Assembly (NCBI GenBank): GCA_000092065.1
Contig: CP000583.1
Direction: 5' to 3' (one strand)
DNA from: Ostreococcus lucimarinus
Taxonomy: Eukaryota
DNA: 64,000 nucleotides
Each line of letters begins with the position of its first letter. Position 1 is the first letter of the stretch. Of the stretch, positions 54,559 through 63,906 are shown in pieces. Made by a program: the position numbers and the translations under genes. Under the pieces are notes generated by a model that searched no databases, was not told the DNA's origin, and saw only the letters and a list, made by a program, of their open reading frames with translations.

Positions 54559-54622
54559 ATCGTCGCGTCTGGATAACGCGTCATCGCGCGACGACGCGTT
54601 ATCCAGACGCGCGATGACGATG
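54559..54622. repeat. Near-perfect about 60-bp palindrome (inverted repeat GCGTCTGGATAACGCG / CGCGTTATCCAGACGC around a self-complementary 14-nt spacer)
   Basis: Arms 54565-54580 and 54595-54610 are exact reverse complements; spacer tcatcgcgcgacga is palindromic at 12/14 positions; flanks atcgtc/gacgat extend the stem. Confidence 0.85.
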
Positions 54623-54820
54623 GCTCGCGACGGTGACGACGCGCGAGCGCTCATCTACGGCCTGCGACCGTTCGCGCCGAGCGCGGCGCTGCGACGACGA
54701 CGCGATGGGGGGGCGGGACTCGACGCGACGACGCGCGGCGGCCGCGCGCCGGGCGCGCGCGCGCGAGGGACGAACGCGGCGCCGTTCGCGGCGAGCGCGA
54801 GCGAAAGCGACGCGGCGGGG

Positions 54821-55690
54821 ATGAAATTCGCGAAGGATGTGTTCGCGGGGACGTGCGGCGGGGTCACGGTGACGCTGCTGGGGCACCCGTTCGACACGGT
54901 GAAGGTTTTGTTGCAGACGCAGAGCAGTAAGAATCCGGTGTACTCGGGGGCGGTGGACGCGGCGAGCAAGGTGATCAAGGCGGAGGGCGTGGGAGGATTG
55001 TATCGTGGGGTGACGTCGCCGCTCGCGGGACAGATGTTCTTCCGGGCGACGCTGTTTTTTGCGTACGCGCGCGCGAAGGAATTCGTGGGGGTGTCTCCGG
55101 AGGACCCGCTGAGTTACGCGAAGGCGGGCGCGATGGCGTGGTTGGCGGGGACGTTCTTTGAGTCTCCGATCGATTTGTACAAATCGCAGTGGCAATGTCA
55201 ACTCGTCAAGGCGAAGGCTGATCCCACGTACAAGTCGCCGTACGGAAGCGTGGTGGACGTCGTCAAGGAGTCGTGGAAGTACAACGGCGTTCGCGGGCCG
55301 TACCAGGCGTTTCACGCGACGATGGCGCGGAACTTGCCCGCCGGCGCGGTGTACTTTGGGGTGTTTGAAAACGTGAAGAACTCGTTCGCGAAGACGAACG
55401 AGGATGGAAAAGCGACGAACGCGCAAATTATTTTATCCGGAGGCATCGGTGGTTTCTTTTACTGGTCGTTGTTCTATCCCATCGACGTCATCAAGAGCGC
55501 CTTGATGACGGACGCCGTGAACCCGGCCAAGCGCAAATTTACCGGATTCTTCGATGCCGCGGGCAAGCTGTACGCCTCGGGCGGCGTCAAGGCTTTTTAC
55601 AGAGGCCTTGTCCCGTGTCTCTTGCGCGCGTCTCCCGCCAACGCGGGTATGCTCTTCACGGTGGACTACATTCGGCGCATCATAGATTGA
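54821..55690 (+). CDS. Mitochondrial carrier family protein, carnitine/acylcarnitine carrier (SLC25A20/BOU)-like
   Basis: Three Mitochondrial-carrier repeats; GHPFDTVKVLLQTQ matches the CAC signature GHPLDTVKVRLQTQ; PIDVIKSALMTD; ORF-track start 54614 lies inside the palindrome, so the first carrier-like ATG (MKFAKDV, 54821) is used. Confidence 0.75.
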   Translation: MKFAKDVFAGTCGGVTVTLLGHPFDTVKVLLQTQSSKNPVYSGAVDAASKVIKAEGVGGLYRGVTSPLAGQMFFRATLFFAYARAKEFVGVSPEDPLSYAKAGAMAWLAGTFFESPIDLYKSQWQCQLVKAKADPTYKSPYGSVVDVVKESWKYNGVRGPYQAFHATMARNLPAGAVYFGVFENVKNSFAKTNEDGKATNAQIILSGGIGGFFYWSLFYPIDVIKSALMTDAVNPAKRKFTGFFDAAGKLYASGGVKAFYRGLVPCLLRASPANAGMLFTVDYIRRIID

Positions 55691-55761
55691 TTTGTTTAGG
55701 AGATTTTAAGTCAGTACTATCACCGACACATCGCTCAACGGATTCTAGTGTCTAATCGGCG

Positions 55762-56424
55762 TTACAATTCTAATTTCTTCGCGGCGACGACCACACCGTC
55801 GGCGTCGGCGTACACGTAGCTCCCCGGCTCGAAATCGACGCCGGCGAAACTCACCCGCGCGTCTCGACGTCCCGGATCCCGCTTACTACTCTTCAACGGG
55901 TGCGTCCCTATCGCCTTCACGCCGACATCAAATCTCGCGATATCTTCGCTATCACGCACGCACCCATTCACGATGATACCACTCCATCCATTCGTCGCCG
56001 CCATCTCCGCCAAGTTGTCTCCCAACAGCGCGCAGCGCGTCGACGCGCCGCCGTCGACGACGAGCACTCGCCCCCTCCCCGGCTCTTCGAGCGCCGCTCG
56101 GACGAGAGGATTATTTTCGTAGCACGACACGGTCGTCACCTCACCGTGAAACCGTCGTCGACCGCCGAAATCCTTGAAATAATTCGGCGTCGCCACGCGC
56201 ACCGCGCGCGCCGTCGTCGCGTCGTCCACGTTTTCTGGATGATGCGCGTCGCACGCGTCCGCCGTGCCGAACCTCGACGCGTTCGCGGGCGGTGACGGCG
56301 TCGCGGGCGTCGCGTGCGTCGTCGTCGAACGCGCGGCCGAGCGCGCGACCTCGAGCGCGAGTCGACGCGCGCGCGACATCGCGCGCGCCGCTGTGGGGAC
56401 CGGTCGGGCGCGTCCCCAAACCAC
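55762..56424 (-). CDS. RraA-like / 4-hydroxy-4-methyl-2-oxoglutarate aldolase family protein (DlpA/MenG-like fold) with targeting peptide
   Basis: VLVVDGGASTRCALLGDNLAEMAATNGWSGIIVNGCVRDSEDIARFDVGVKAIGTHP matches the RraA family core. Confidence 0.7.
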   Translation of the reverse strand: MVWGRARPVPTAARAMSRARRLALEVARSAARSTTTHATPATPSPPANASRFGTADACDAHHPENVDDATTARAVRVATPNYFKDFGGRRRFHGEVTTVSCYENNPLVRAALEEPGRGRVLVVDGGASTRCALLGDNLAEMAATNGWSGIIVNGCVRDSEDIARFDVGVKAIGTHPLKSSKRDPGRRDARVSFAGVDFEPGSYVYADADGVVVAAKKLEL

Positions 56425-56534
56425 GGCGCGTCCCGACGCGCGCGCGACGGCGTCGACGCGTCGACGACGGATCGACGCGCGTGAGACGATAGCGTGCGAA
56501 CGCTCGATCGTCTCGCGCGCGATCGACGCGCGCG

Positions 56535-57284
56535 ATGGAGCGATGCGCGGAGGAACAAGCGATGGAAATCGAGGCGCTGGAGAGCATCCTCATGGGTGAC
56601 ATGCGTAAACTTCCCGACGATTCCGGGGACGGGATCGCCTCGATCGCGAACTGCGCGCAATACCAGATTGAAATCAGCGCGTACGGTGATAACGATAGCG
56701 TGCCCGAGGACGAGGACGAGGACGACGCGGTGTTGGGATTGGTGTTCGCGCACTCGGAGACGTACCCGGACGAGCCGCCGAGCCTGAAGTGTCGCAGCGT
56801 GCGAGGCCTGCGCGAGCACGAGTTGGCGGATATCAGCGCGAAAGTGATGAAACAGGCGAGTGAGAGCGTGGGGGCGCCGATGATTTTTGACTTGGTGCAG
56901 ACGTGTAAGGAGTGGATGCGTCGGCGCGTCGGCGCGAGCGACGTCGTCGACGAGGAAACCGAGGAGCAGCTCAAGGCTCGACTCGAGGCCGAGGCCGAGG
57001 AGCGCTTGCGTCAAATGCGTCTCGTGGGCACGCCCGTGACACCAGAGAACTTCAAGGCGTGGCAGGCGGCATACATGGCGGAGATGGGCGAATCTCTCGT
57101 GCCCGCCGAGTCGCGCGTCGACGGCAGGCTCACCGGTCGGCGATACTTTGAGACGCGTTCGGCGAAGGAATTACAGGATGATCTCGACGCCCAGGACGAG
57201 GACGGGGACTCCATCGACGGCAACGACGATGATGATGATGACTTCAGTTCTTCCGACCGATCAGACTCCGATCGCGATGATTAA
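56535..57284 (+). CDS. RWDD1: RWD domain-containing protein 1 (RWDD1 / Gir2 / DFRP2) homolog
   Basis: EEQAMEIEALESIL...AHSETYPDEPP...MIFDLVQTCKEWM...VGTPVTPENFKAWQAAYMAEM and the acidic tail are colinear with human RWDD1. Confidence 0.8.
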   Translation: MERCAEEQAMEIEALESILMGDMRKLPDDSGDGIASIANCAQYQIEISAYGDNDSVPEDEDEDDAVLGLVFAHSETYPDEPPSLKCRSVRGLREHELADISAKVMKQASESVGAPMIFDLVQTCKEWMRRRVGASDVVDEETEEQLKARLEAEAEERLRQMRLVGTPVTPENFKAWQAAYMAEMGESLVPAESRVDGRLTGRRYFETRSAKELQDDLDAQDEDGDSIDGNDDDDDDFSSSDRSDSDRDD

Positions 57285-57412
57285 TCGTTCGCGTAAAGCG
57301 CGCATAGCCTAGGATAGTTGTAGAGCTCGGATAGCACGAAGTCGAATAGGAAACGTCACACCGCCGCGCTGGCGCGCGCGGCGCCCCGTCGGGGCCGACA
57401 CAGCGACGCGCG

Positions 57413-58918
57413 ATGGACAATCCTTACGCTGACCTCAGCGCCGCGAACGATGAGGAATCAGCCGGCCTCGTCCGCGCGAACGACGAAAACGCGTGCGACT
57501 CGAGCTCGAACGATGAAAACGCGTCACCGCTCGTTCAGTTAGACGCCACGGAACACTCGGTCGACGCCAGGCTGCCGCGAGCGGACGTGCGGACGATTGC
57601 GCTGAACACGTGGCTTTACATGGCGACGCCGATGTCCATGCCGGCCACGGTCGCCGTCGCGGGCGCGAGATGGTCGATGGTTTTTTTCACATACAGCGCG
57701 GGGTCCACGTACTGGACCGGACGCGTGCTGGGAAAGGCGTTTTTAGCCGATCCGACGTGCACTACGTACGCGAAGATGACGTCTAAGGCGGCGTCGCGGG
57801 TGCTGATTCGTCGGGGCGTAGACGAGAGCAAAGTGGGGAAGTGGGAGCCGCGCATCGAGTTTGCGGTCCTCGTGTTGCAGTTTGTCACGTATTATCTCGA
57901 TGCAACCGTCCAGATAGTGTACATAACGCAGTACTTTGGCCAGACGTTCACAAATGTGAAGATGTGTAGCGCGACCTGGGCGTTGTTCGTGGGCGTGATG
58001 TCGTTACCCGTGGTGCAGATTCCCACGATTCACGACTCTGGGCGCGTCGTAGCGCTACCGTGCGTCGCGGTTGTCGTCGCTCTCGCGGTGTTTTTCGGTG
58101 AGATCCTGTCCACAAGACCGTGGGAGAAGTGTGACCCAGGACCAACGTACGGTCGCGTCGTGACGAGCGCGAGCGTGTTCAATTCGCTTGGGAACTTTGC
58201 GTATGGATTTGGTGGACACGGCTTGTATCCCGAGGAGTTGCGCGAGATGAAACATCCCGAAGATTGGCCGAAGGTGCTGAACATCACGTACGGCACGATG
58301 GTTCCAATATATTTGCTCGTGATGTACTGGGGTTACAAAGCATACGGTGATTTCGCGAAGGGAAATATTAACTTGAACTTTCCGCACAATGGCGCAAACA
58401 TTGTCTCCATGCTGATGCAAAGCGTTCAGTGTTATTATGGCGTCTTCTTCACCTCCATTACGCTCATGATGCGAATTGAGACGTATTTGGGAGTTGACCC
58501 AACACGAGGCTGGAGCGTCGTCACGCGATACGGCGTCTCACCGGCGGTATTTCGCCTTGTGTTTCGAACATTCTTTCTCGCCACCGAAGTCATAGTCGCC
58601 GCGATTTTCCTTGCGGTATCTGGAGACGTCATTCTCGACATCCAATCGCTCGCAGGAGCGGTTGGTATGACGGCTATGACGTTTTTCCTTCCTTCGTTGA
58701 TTCATTACGGGTTCAACATGACTGAAAGGTCGTCAAATCTCGAACGGTTCTGGGTCGTGGTGAACTTCACGATGGGCGTCGCGATCATGTTTTCGGGCTT
58801 GTACGGGTCGCTGTCGAGCCTTTTCGCGAACAAGCTCGTGGACCAGTGCCCGGTGGAGTACGTTTACGCCCCGCACGACCCGAGAGATCCGTGTTACGTC
58901 AGTGGCATTCACTACTGA
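57413..58918 (+). CDS. Amino acid transporter, AAAP (Aa_trans) family, about 11 TM
   Basis: Hydrophobicity pattern and motifs (NTWLYMATPMSMP, GNFAYGFGGHGLYPEE, NITYGTMVPIYLLVMYWGY) are consistent with amino acid/auxin permease-type transporters. Confidence 0.65.
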   Translation: MDNPYADLSAANDEESAGLVRANDENACDSSSNDENASPLVQLDATEHSVDARLPRADVRTIALNTWLYMATPMSMPATVAVAGARWSMVFFTYSAGSTYWTGRVLGKAFLADPTCTTYAKMTSKAASRVLIRRGVDESKVGKWEPRIEFAVLVLQFVTYYLDATVQIVYITQYFGQTFTNVKMCSATWALFVGVMSLPVVQIPTIHDSGRVVALPCVAVVVALAVFFGEILSTRPWEKCDPGPTYGRVVTSASVFNSLGNFAYGFGGHGLYPEELREMKHPEDWPKVLNITYGTMVPIYLLVMYWGYKAYGDFAKGNINLNFPHNGANIVSMLMQSVQCYYGVFFTSITLMMRIETYLGVDPTRGWSVVTRYGVSPAVFRLVFRTFFLATEVIVAAIFLAVSGDVILDIQSLAGAVGMTAMTFFLPSLIHYGFNMTERSSNLERFWVVVNFTMGVAIMFSGLYGSLSSLFANKLVDQCPVEYVYAPHDPRDPCYVSGIHY

Positions 58919-58979
58919 GCTCCCTATGTTGTACAAAAATGTATTGTCTAACTTCACTTGGAGCCGCGAGCGCGCGCAA

Positions 58980-60116
58980 ATGTCCGCACTCGGTGCGTTC
59001 GTCCCGCGCATCTCCTCGGCGCGATTTGCGCGACGCGCCCTGACTCCCCATGCGCGCGTGATGTCCGCGAACGCGTCGAAGAGCGAGGACGAAGTCATCC
59101 TTGTCACCGGGGCGACCGGTCGCGTTGGTAAAGAAGTCGTCGCACGGTTATCGGCGATACCCGGATTCAGAGTACGCGCGGCGACGCGGGATAAATCGGC
59201 ATACGCCGAGGCGCTCGGCGCGCACGAAACCGTGGTTTTTGACCTGGAAGATAAATCGACTTGGCCAGGCGCGATACGAGGCGCGACGAGATTGTTCTCG
59301 AGCACGCAGGACAAGCACATCAGCCAGCACATGGAGTTTGTGAAGTGGTTGGGAAACACTCCAGAGGTACGAGATAGCTTAAAGCACATTGTACGGGTGA
59401 GTTGTTTCGGAGCTGATACGAATACAAACTCGTACGATGCGTCTATTCACGTATCGAGACAGAACGCCGGAATACCGCTCATGCTGCAGCATTATTGGTG
59501 GTCCGAGGAATGCTTTATCGAAGCCGGTTTCAAGGAAAAGTTGACTTCTGTTCGAGGTAACTTTTACATGAATCATTTACTGAAGAACGAGCTCGAAAGT
59601 ATAAAGACAAAGGGAATGTTCACGTCGCCTTTGGGAGACTGCAAGAATAGTTTTGTAGCGTGCAACGACATGGCGGAGGCAGCGGTGAGATGCTTCGTCG
59701 AGGGACCTGAAAGACACGGGGATAAATTCTATGACATCTGCGGTGCGCAAAGTACGAGTATGGCTGAAGTGGCTGAGATTTTAACGAAAGCTTTAGCCAC
59801 CGACGAAGCGAAAAATGTGTGCCCGGAAGCCCACGGGAAGCGCATCACGTATGTGCCACAAGACATCGAGCAGTTCGAGCAAGACTTTGGTAGTACGCGA
59901 GCAGAATTTTTCGAGTACCTTCGAAATGGATTCTATTCTCGGTGTTCGCCAGACTTTTATAACATCACCGGTAAACGGCCGATGACGTATTTTGAATATT
60001 TGACGACAAAAGGCGCCGCAGGCGATACCGGTCTGACGGAATTATTTTCTTCGCAGGGCGCGTTGTTCACCAAAGGTGTCGATCAGTTCAAAGATCTCAA
60101 GGATGTCAAGAAGTGA
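58980..60116 (+). CDS. NmrA-like NAD(P)-binding (atypical SDR) family protein
   Basis: ILVTGATGRVGKEVVARL Rossmann motif plus NmrA-like C-terminal region; start set at the first ATG after the upstream gene's stop. Confidence 0.65.
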   Translation: MSALGAFVPRISSARFARRALTPHARVMSANASKSEDEVILVTGATGRVGKEVVARLSAIPGFRVRAATRDKSAYAEALGAHETVVFDLEDKSTWPGAIRGATRLFSSTQDKHISQHMEFVKWLGNTPEVRDSLKHIVRVSCFGADTNTNSYDASIHVSRQNAGIPLMLQHYWWSEECFIEAGFKEKLTSVRGNFYMNHLLKNELESIKTKGMFTSPLGDCKNSFVACNDMAEAAVRCFVEGPERHGDKFYDICGAQSTSMAEVAEILTKALATDEAKNVCPEAHGKRITYVPQDIEQFEQDFGSTRAEFFEYLRNGFYSRCSPDFYNITGKRPMTYFEYLTTKGAAGDTGLTELFSSQGALFTKGVDQFKDLKDVKK

Positions 60117-60193
60117 ACACTCTAAATCAGATGTATTAAAAACAGGTGTGTGTTGTCTCTGCTATGGCTCGACCAGAAGCCTTCAACGCTACA

Positions 60194-61051
60194 TCACTCT
60201 TCGTCTTCCGTCGCCTCTAGAACAACCTTCGCGGACGCCGCGTAGTGAAGTTTCGCCGCCGCGATGCACTTCATAAGCGTATCTTCCGTCGCCTCGACTT
60301 CACCGCCTGGCTTAAAAACTCCCCGAAGTAACCCGTCCTCCGTCAACACCACGCTCACCTCGCACTCGCTCAGCGCTTCCTCCTCCCGCGTCGGATCCAC
60401 CAACAAATGTTCTCGATAAAGCGCCGTCGTCAGGCACACCGGCATCGTCTGCACGTCCAAACGCGTCCCCTTTCGCACGCCATCGCCGTTCATCGCCGTT
60501 CCATCACCCTCCAGCGCCACCTTCCCTCGCGTCACCGCGACCTCCGGCAACACGCAGTCCCGCAGCGCCGCCATCACCGCCGTCACCGCGCAATCCGCCG
60601 CCCCTCCGTCATCGCACAGCACTATCACATCCACTCTCACCCGCCACGCGAACGTGCCTCGTTCGACGCACAGCTGCTTCAAATCCTTCCCCAGCACCGC
60701 CGCGTTCGCCACCGCGCTCGCGCACGCCGCCGCCGCCGCCTCCCTTCGCCCCCGCGTCCGTCCGTCTCGCGCGTCCTCGCTCGCCTGCGGCGCGTGATCC
60801 ACCGCTATCTCTAAAAACCCCTCCTCCGGCCGCGTCGCGTCCGGCGTCGCGATCGTCGCCGTGACGCCCGCGCACGCCGTCGTCGCGCCGTGTTTCGCGA
60901 GCGCGCTCCCCAGCGCGCCGCTCGCGACGCCCGTCGCGCACGTTCGCGCCCGCGCGCGCCCGAGCGGTCTTCCGTCCCCTCTCGCGCCGCTCGCCAGCGT
61001 CTTTTCGCACGCCTCGCGCGGGTACAACCGCGCGTACGCCGCGGATTCCAT
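60194..61051 (-). CDS. EXOSC8: Exosome complex RNase PH-like subunit Rrp43/EXOSC8
   Basis: GARGDGRPLG; VMAALRDCVLPEVAV; LLVDPTREEEALSECEVSVVLTEDGLLRGVFKPGGEVEATEDTLMKCIAAAKLH is colinear with human EXOSC8 ([51 protein letters not shown]). 209-aa upstream ORF-track extension discarded. Confidence 0.8.
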   Translation of the reverse strand: MESAAYARLYPREACEKTLASGARGDGRPLGRARARTCATGVASGALGSALAKHGATTACAGVTATIATPDATRPEEGFLEIAVDHAPQASEDARDGRTRGRREAAAAACASAVANAAVLGKDLKQLCVERGTFAWRVRVDVIVLCDDGGAADCAVTAVMAALRDCVLPEVAVTRGKVALEGDGTAMNGDGVRKGTRLDVQTMPVCLTTALYREHLLVDPTREEEALSECEVSVVLTEDGLLRGVFKPGGEVEATEDTLMKCIAAAKLHYAASAKVVLEATEDEE

Positions 61052-61157
61052 CGTCCGAGACGTCCGAGGTGTGGGGGAACGACGCGCGCGCCTCGCGCCC
61101 GTCGCGCCGCATCGCGACGCGCGCGCGCGCGATCTCGCGTCTCGATCGTCTCGGACG

Positions 61158-62282
61158 ATGTTCGCGAACGACGCCGCGGGCGCCGATCGGCGCGGGACGC
61201 CCGCGAGGCGCGGGCGAGACGAGGACGCGCGCGCGCTCGCGACGCCGCGCGCGGACGCGCGGGCGCGGCGCGGCGATTTCGCGTCGCCGGTGACGGCGGG
61301 GCGAACGCGCGAGCGCGACGACGGACGCGCGATCGGGACGATGGAGGAAAGGGCGGGGATCGGGTCGGCGACGCGCGACGGCGCGCGCGGCGCGGGCGAG
61401 CGGGCGAGCGAGGCGAGGGGGGCGCCAAAGTTTTCGTCGTTGCTCTTCGCGTCGCCGGGGGCGAATCGAGAGACGACGCCGAGCGGAGGGTTGTGTCGCA
61501 CGGAGAGCCTCGCGGGAGGTGGATCGACGCCGAGGACGAGCGGGGGGTCGAACAGGTACTTTGGCGGCGGTGGACCGGCGAGCGCGAACCGAGGGAAACT
61601 GGAGGAGCGCGCGACGCCGGCGCCGGCGCCCGTCATCGGAGGGGTGTCGAGCCGAGGAACGCCGCTGTTCGCGCGCACGGAGACGGGTGGGGATGATCAC
61701 ACGCCCGGATTCTTGCGAAGGGCGATCGAGAAGACGCACGCGGAGAACGCGGCGGGGATCGACGCGCGAGGAGGCGAGGAGGCGTTGAACTCGTGGTTGG
61801 GAGCGCGCGGGGCGAAAGCGATCGACGCGCGCGGCGCGCCGTCGACGACGAACGCGGCGTTCACGACAGCGGCGGTGTTGAGCGATTCAGAGGCGGAGCA
61901 TTGGGTCACCGTGTACGGGTTTTCAAAGGATGAAAAGGCTGTCGTTTTGCGCGAGTTTCAACGCGACGGCGACATCGTCAACTTTGGCGCGTTCAACGAC
62001 AGTGGGATCTCAGTGAACTGGTTGCACGTCAGATTTGCTACGAAAGAAAGCGCCCGTCGCGCGTTGCGTAGAAACGGTCAAAACATTAGCGGAATCATGG
62101 TCGGCGTGAAGGAGCTCGACGCCAAGTCCAGAGCGGACGTCGGCGCGGGCGGATCTGGCGAAGGCAGACTATCGCGAAACGCGTCCGTGCGGCGCGTGGC
62201 GCCGATGCGCGACGGTATTTCTCTTCAACCGCGCCAGCGCACGACTTGGGACAAGGTGGTTCAGTTTATTTTCGGCGCGTGA
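61158..62282 (+). CDS. NUP35: Nucleoporin NUP35/NUP53 homolog (C-terminal RRM-like MPPN domain)
   Basis: WVTVYGFSKDEKAVVLREFQRDGDIVNFGAFNDSGISVNWLHVRFATKESARRALRRNGQNISGIMVGVKE matches the Nup35 RRM-like domain; N-terminal part is low-complexity, start uncertain (61158 or 61341). Confidence 0.6.
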   Translation: MFANDAAGADRRGTPARRGRDEDARALATPRADARARRGDFASPVTAGRTRERDDGRAIGTMEERAGIGSATRDGARGAGERASEARGAPKFSSLLFASPGANRETTPSGGLCRTESLAGGGSTPRTSGGSNRYFGGGGPASANRGKLEERATPAPAPVIGGVSSRGTPLFARTETGGDDHTPGFLRRAIEKTHAENAAGIDARGGEEALNSWLGARGAKAIDARGAPSTTNAAFTTAAVLSDSEAEHWVTVYGFSKDEKAVVLREFQRDGDIVNFGAFNDSGISVNWLHVRFATKESARRALRRNGQNISGIMVGVKELDAKSRADVGAGGSGEGRLSRNASVRRVAPMRDGISLQPRQRTTWDKVVQFIFGA

Positions 62283-62340
62283 GCTCGAGTTTGGACGAGC
62301 GACGTCGAAGGGAGCGATGAAATAAAAATCAACACGTAGT

Positions 62341-63042
62341 TTACACAATATCGTCCAGATTCAAGTGTCCCGTCGTCATAAGCTTATCAATCGCTAGTTG
62401 GGCGGTGACGACCGAGGGCATCATCATCACGCCACCGTACATTAATCGTTTCAACTCTCTCGCCGTCACGCGTTCATGCGTCATGTTAAACTCCTCCGCG
62501 TCGCGCTCACCCTCGTTGCACTCCTCACCATCGATGTTCAAGAACGGAAAGCACCTATTCCGACACCACTTCGTCTCCAACAGCCCCGGATTATCGTCGT
62601 CTAGCAGACTCATCAGCGTACCTCCGCGCAACCTCGACTCTTGCTGCAGTTCCTCGCGCGCCACCTCGTCCAAGCTCTCGTGTTTCCCCGGTTCAAAGCA
62701 CCCGCTCGGCAGCACGACGCACTCCGAATTACTCCCTTGCGCGTACTCTCGTATGATGGTAAACTCCGGCTCTCCGCTCACCGTGCGTTCGCGACTGTGA
62801 AACGGCGCCACGCACACGAACCGAAACTCGCTTCTCGGGTGTCCCACGACGTCGTACGCGAACGACCGCGTCGTCCCGTCCTCGTCCGCGAACTCGATCT
62901 CTCGATCGTACACCGTGAGATACCTCGAGTGCACCACGTCTTCGCGCGCGATCGTTCCCGCGCGCACGCTCGCCGCGCGCGTCCCCGTCCCGCCGTCGTC
63001 GCTCGCGCGCGTCTCCGTCCCGCCGTCGTCGCCGCGTCCCAT
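62341..63042 (-). CDS. Nudix hydrolase family protein
   Basis: Nudix-box-like GKHESLDEVAREELQQESRL (G..E.......REL.EE..L); upstream 247 aa of the ORF-track ORF is Arg-rich junk. Confidence 0.55.
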   Translation of the reverse strand: MGRGDDGGTETRASDDGGTGTRAASVRAGTIAREDVVHSRYLTVYDREIEFADEDGTTRSFAYDVVGHPRSEFRFVCVAPFHSRERTVSGEPEFTIIREYAQGSNSECVVLPSGCFEPGKHESLDEVAREELQQESRLRGGTLMSLLDDDNPGLLETKWCRNRCFPFLNIDGEECNEGERDAEEFNMTHERVTARELKRLMYGGVMMMPSVVTAQLAIDKLMTTGHLNLDDIV

Positions 63043-63303
63043 CGCGCGCGCGCGCGCGCTCGGCGCCGTCGCCGCGCGTCGCGCGCGCGTCACCGCCGCC
63101 GCGCTCGATCGCTCGATCGCCGTTCGAGCGCGCGCGCACCGCGCGAGCATGGGTTTGGCGGACGCGACGTCGGACGCGACGTCGTCGGACGCGACGGGAC
63201 GGCGCGGAAGGTTTTCCGCGGGACGGACGACGCCACTCGCGCGCGCGACGACGACGCGCGCGAACGACGCGAGCGAAACGGAGCGCGGAACGCGACGCGC
63301 GCG

Positions 63304-63786
63304 ATGCTGCGCGCGGTGCGTCGAGCCGCGCGGTCGGCGGCGTCGCGCGCGAACGCGGAGGCGCTGACGACGCGAGCGATGGCGATCGCGCGCGGCGAAG
63401 ACGCGACGCGAACGGTGACGGTGGCGCGGACGGTGACGCGCGCGCACGCGACGACGGCGCCGACGATTCCGTCTAAACCGAGCCAGCCGGTGCAGACGAA
63501 ACGGCCGGGGAAGCTGCCGAGCGACGCGGCGCACACGGCGAAGTGGCTGGATTCGAGCGCGAAGCCGAGCCCGATGGAGTACAGCGCGAGCGCGGAACCG
63601 GTGGGGGTGCCGGGAGATAAGGTGAGCTGTGATTCCCCGGGGGCGTGTAAGGATCGGTTTGGTGACGCCACGGGGGGGCTGGGGGCGCCGAATACGTACT
63701 ATAAGTTGAACGATACCTCGCCCGAGTCGCCGGCGAAGTGCAAGTATTGCGGGCTGCGCTTCTACTCGCTCGGCGGACATCACTGA
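63304..63786 (+). CDS. NDUFS6: NADH dehydrogenase [ubiquinone] Fe-S protein 6 (NDUFS6, complex I 13-kDa zinc-finger subunit) with presequence
   Basis: C-terminal zf-CHCC: VSCDSPGACKDRFGDATGGLGAPNTYYKLNDTSPESPAKCKYCGLRFYS matches [30 protein letters not shown]. Confidence 0.8.
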   Translation: MLRAVRRAARSAASRANAEALTTRAMAIARGEDATRTVTVARTVTRAHATTAPTIPSKPSQPVQTKRPGKLPSDAAHTAKWLDSSAKPSPMEYSASAEPVGVPGDKVSCDSPGACKDRFGDATGGLGAPNTYYKLNDTSPESPAKCKYCGLRFYSLGGHH

Positions 63787-63844
63787 CGCGGCGACGCGGC
63801 GGTACTTTTGGTCGGTACTTTTGTAACAAAAGAACAGAATGTAG

Positions 63845-63906
63845 TCAATGTCGTCGTATCGATCGTGTCATCGCGTCAATGTCGTCGTATCGATCGTGTC
63901 ATCGCG
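63845..63906. repeat. Perfect 31-bp tandem duplication (TCAATGTCGTCGTATCGATCGTGTCATCGCG x2)
   Basis: Copies 63845-63875 and 63876-63906 are identical. Confidence 0.95.

Noticed and set aside
54565-54610. TTATCCA inside the palindrome resembling a bacterial DnaA box
   Set aside because: Eukaryotic nuclear context; a 7-mer coincidence within a palindrome has no support for a prokaryotic origin function.
54396-54654. ORFs encoding (SVGR)n / (PTDR)n
   Set aside because: Translations of the (GGTC)n microsatellite; not genes.
56136-57014. 292- and 277-aa minus-strand ORFs
   Set aside because: Antisense to the well-conserved RWDD1 gene; Arg/Ser-rich.
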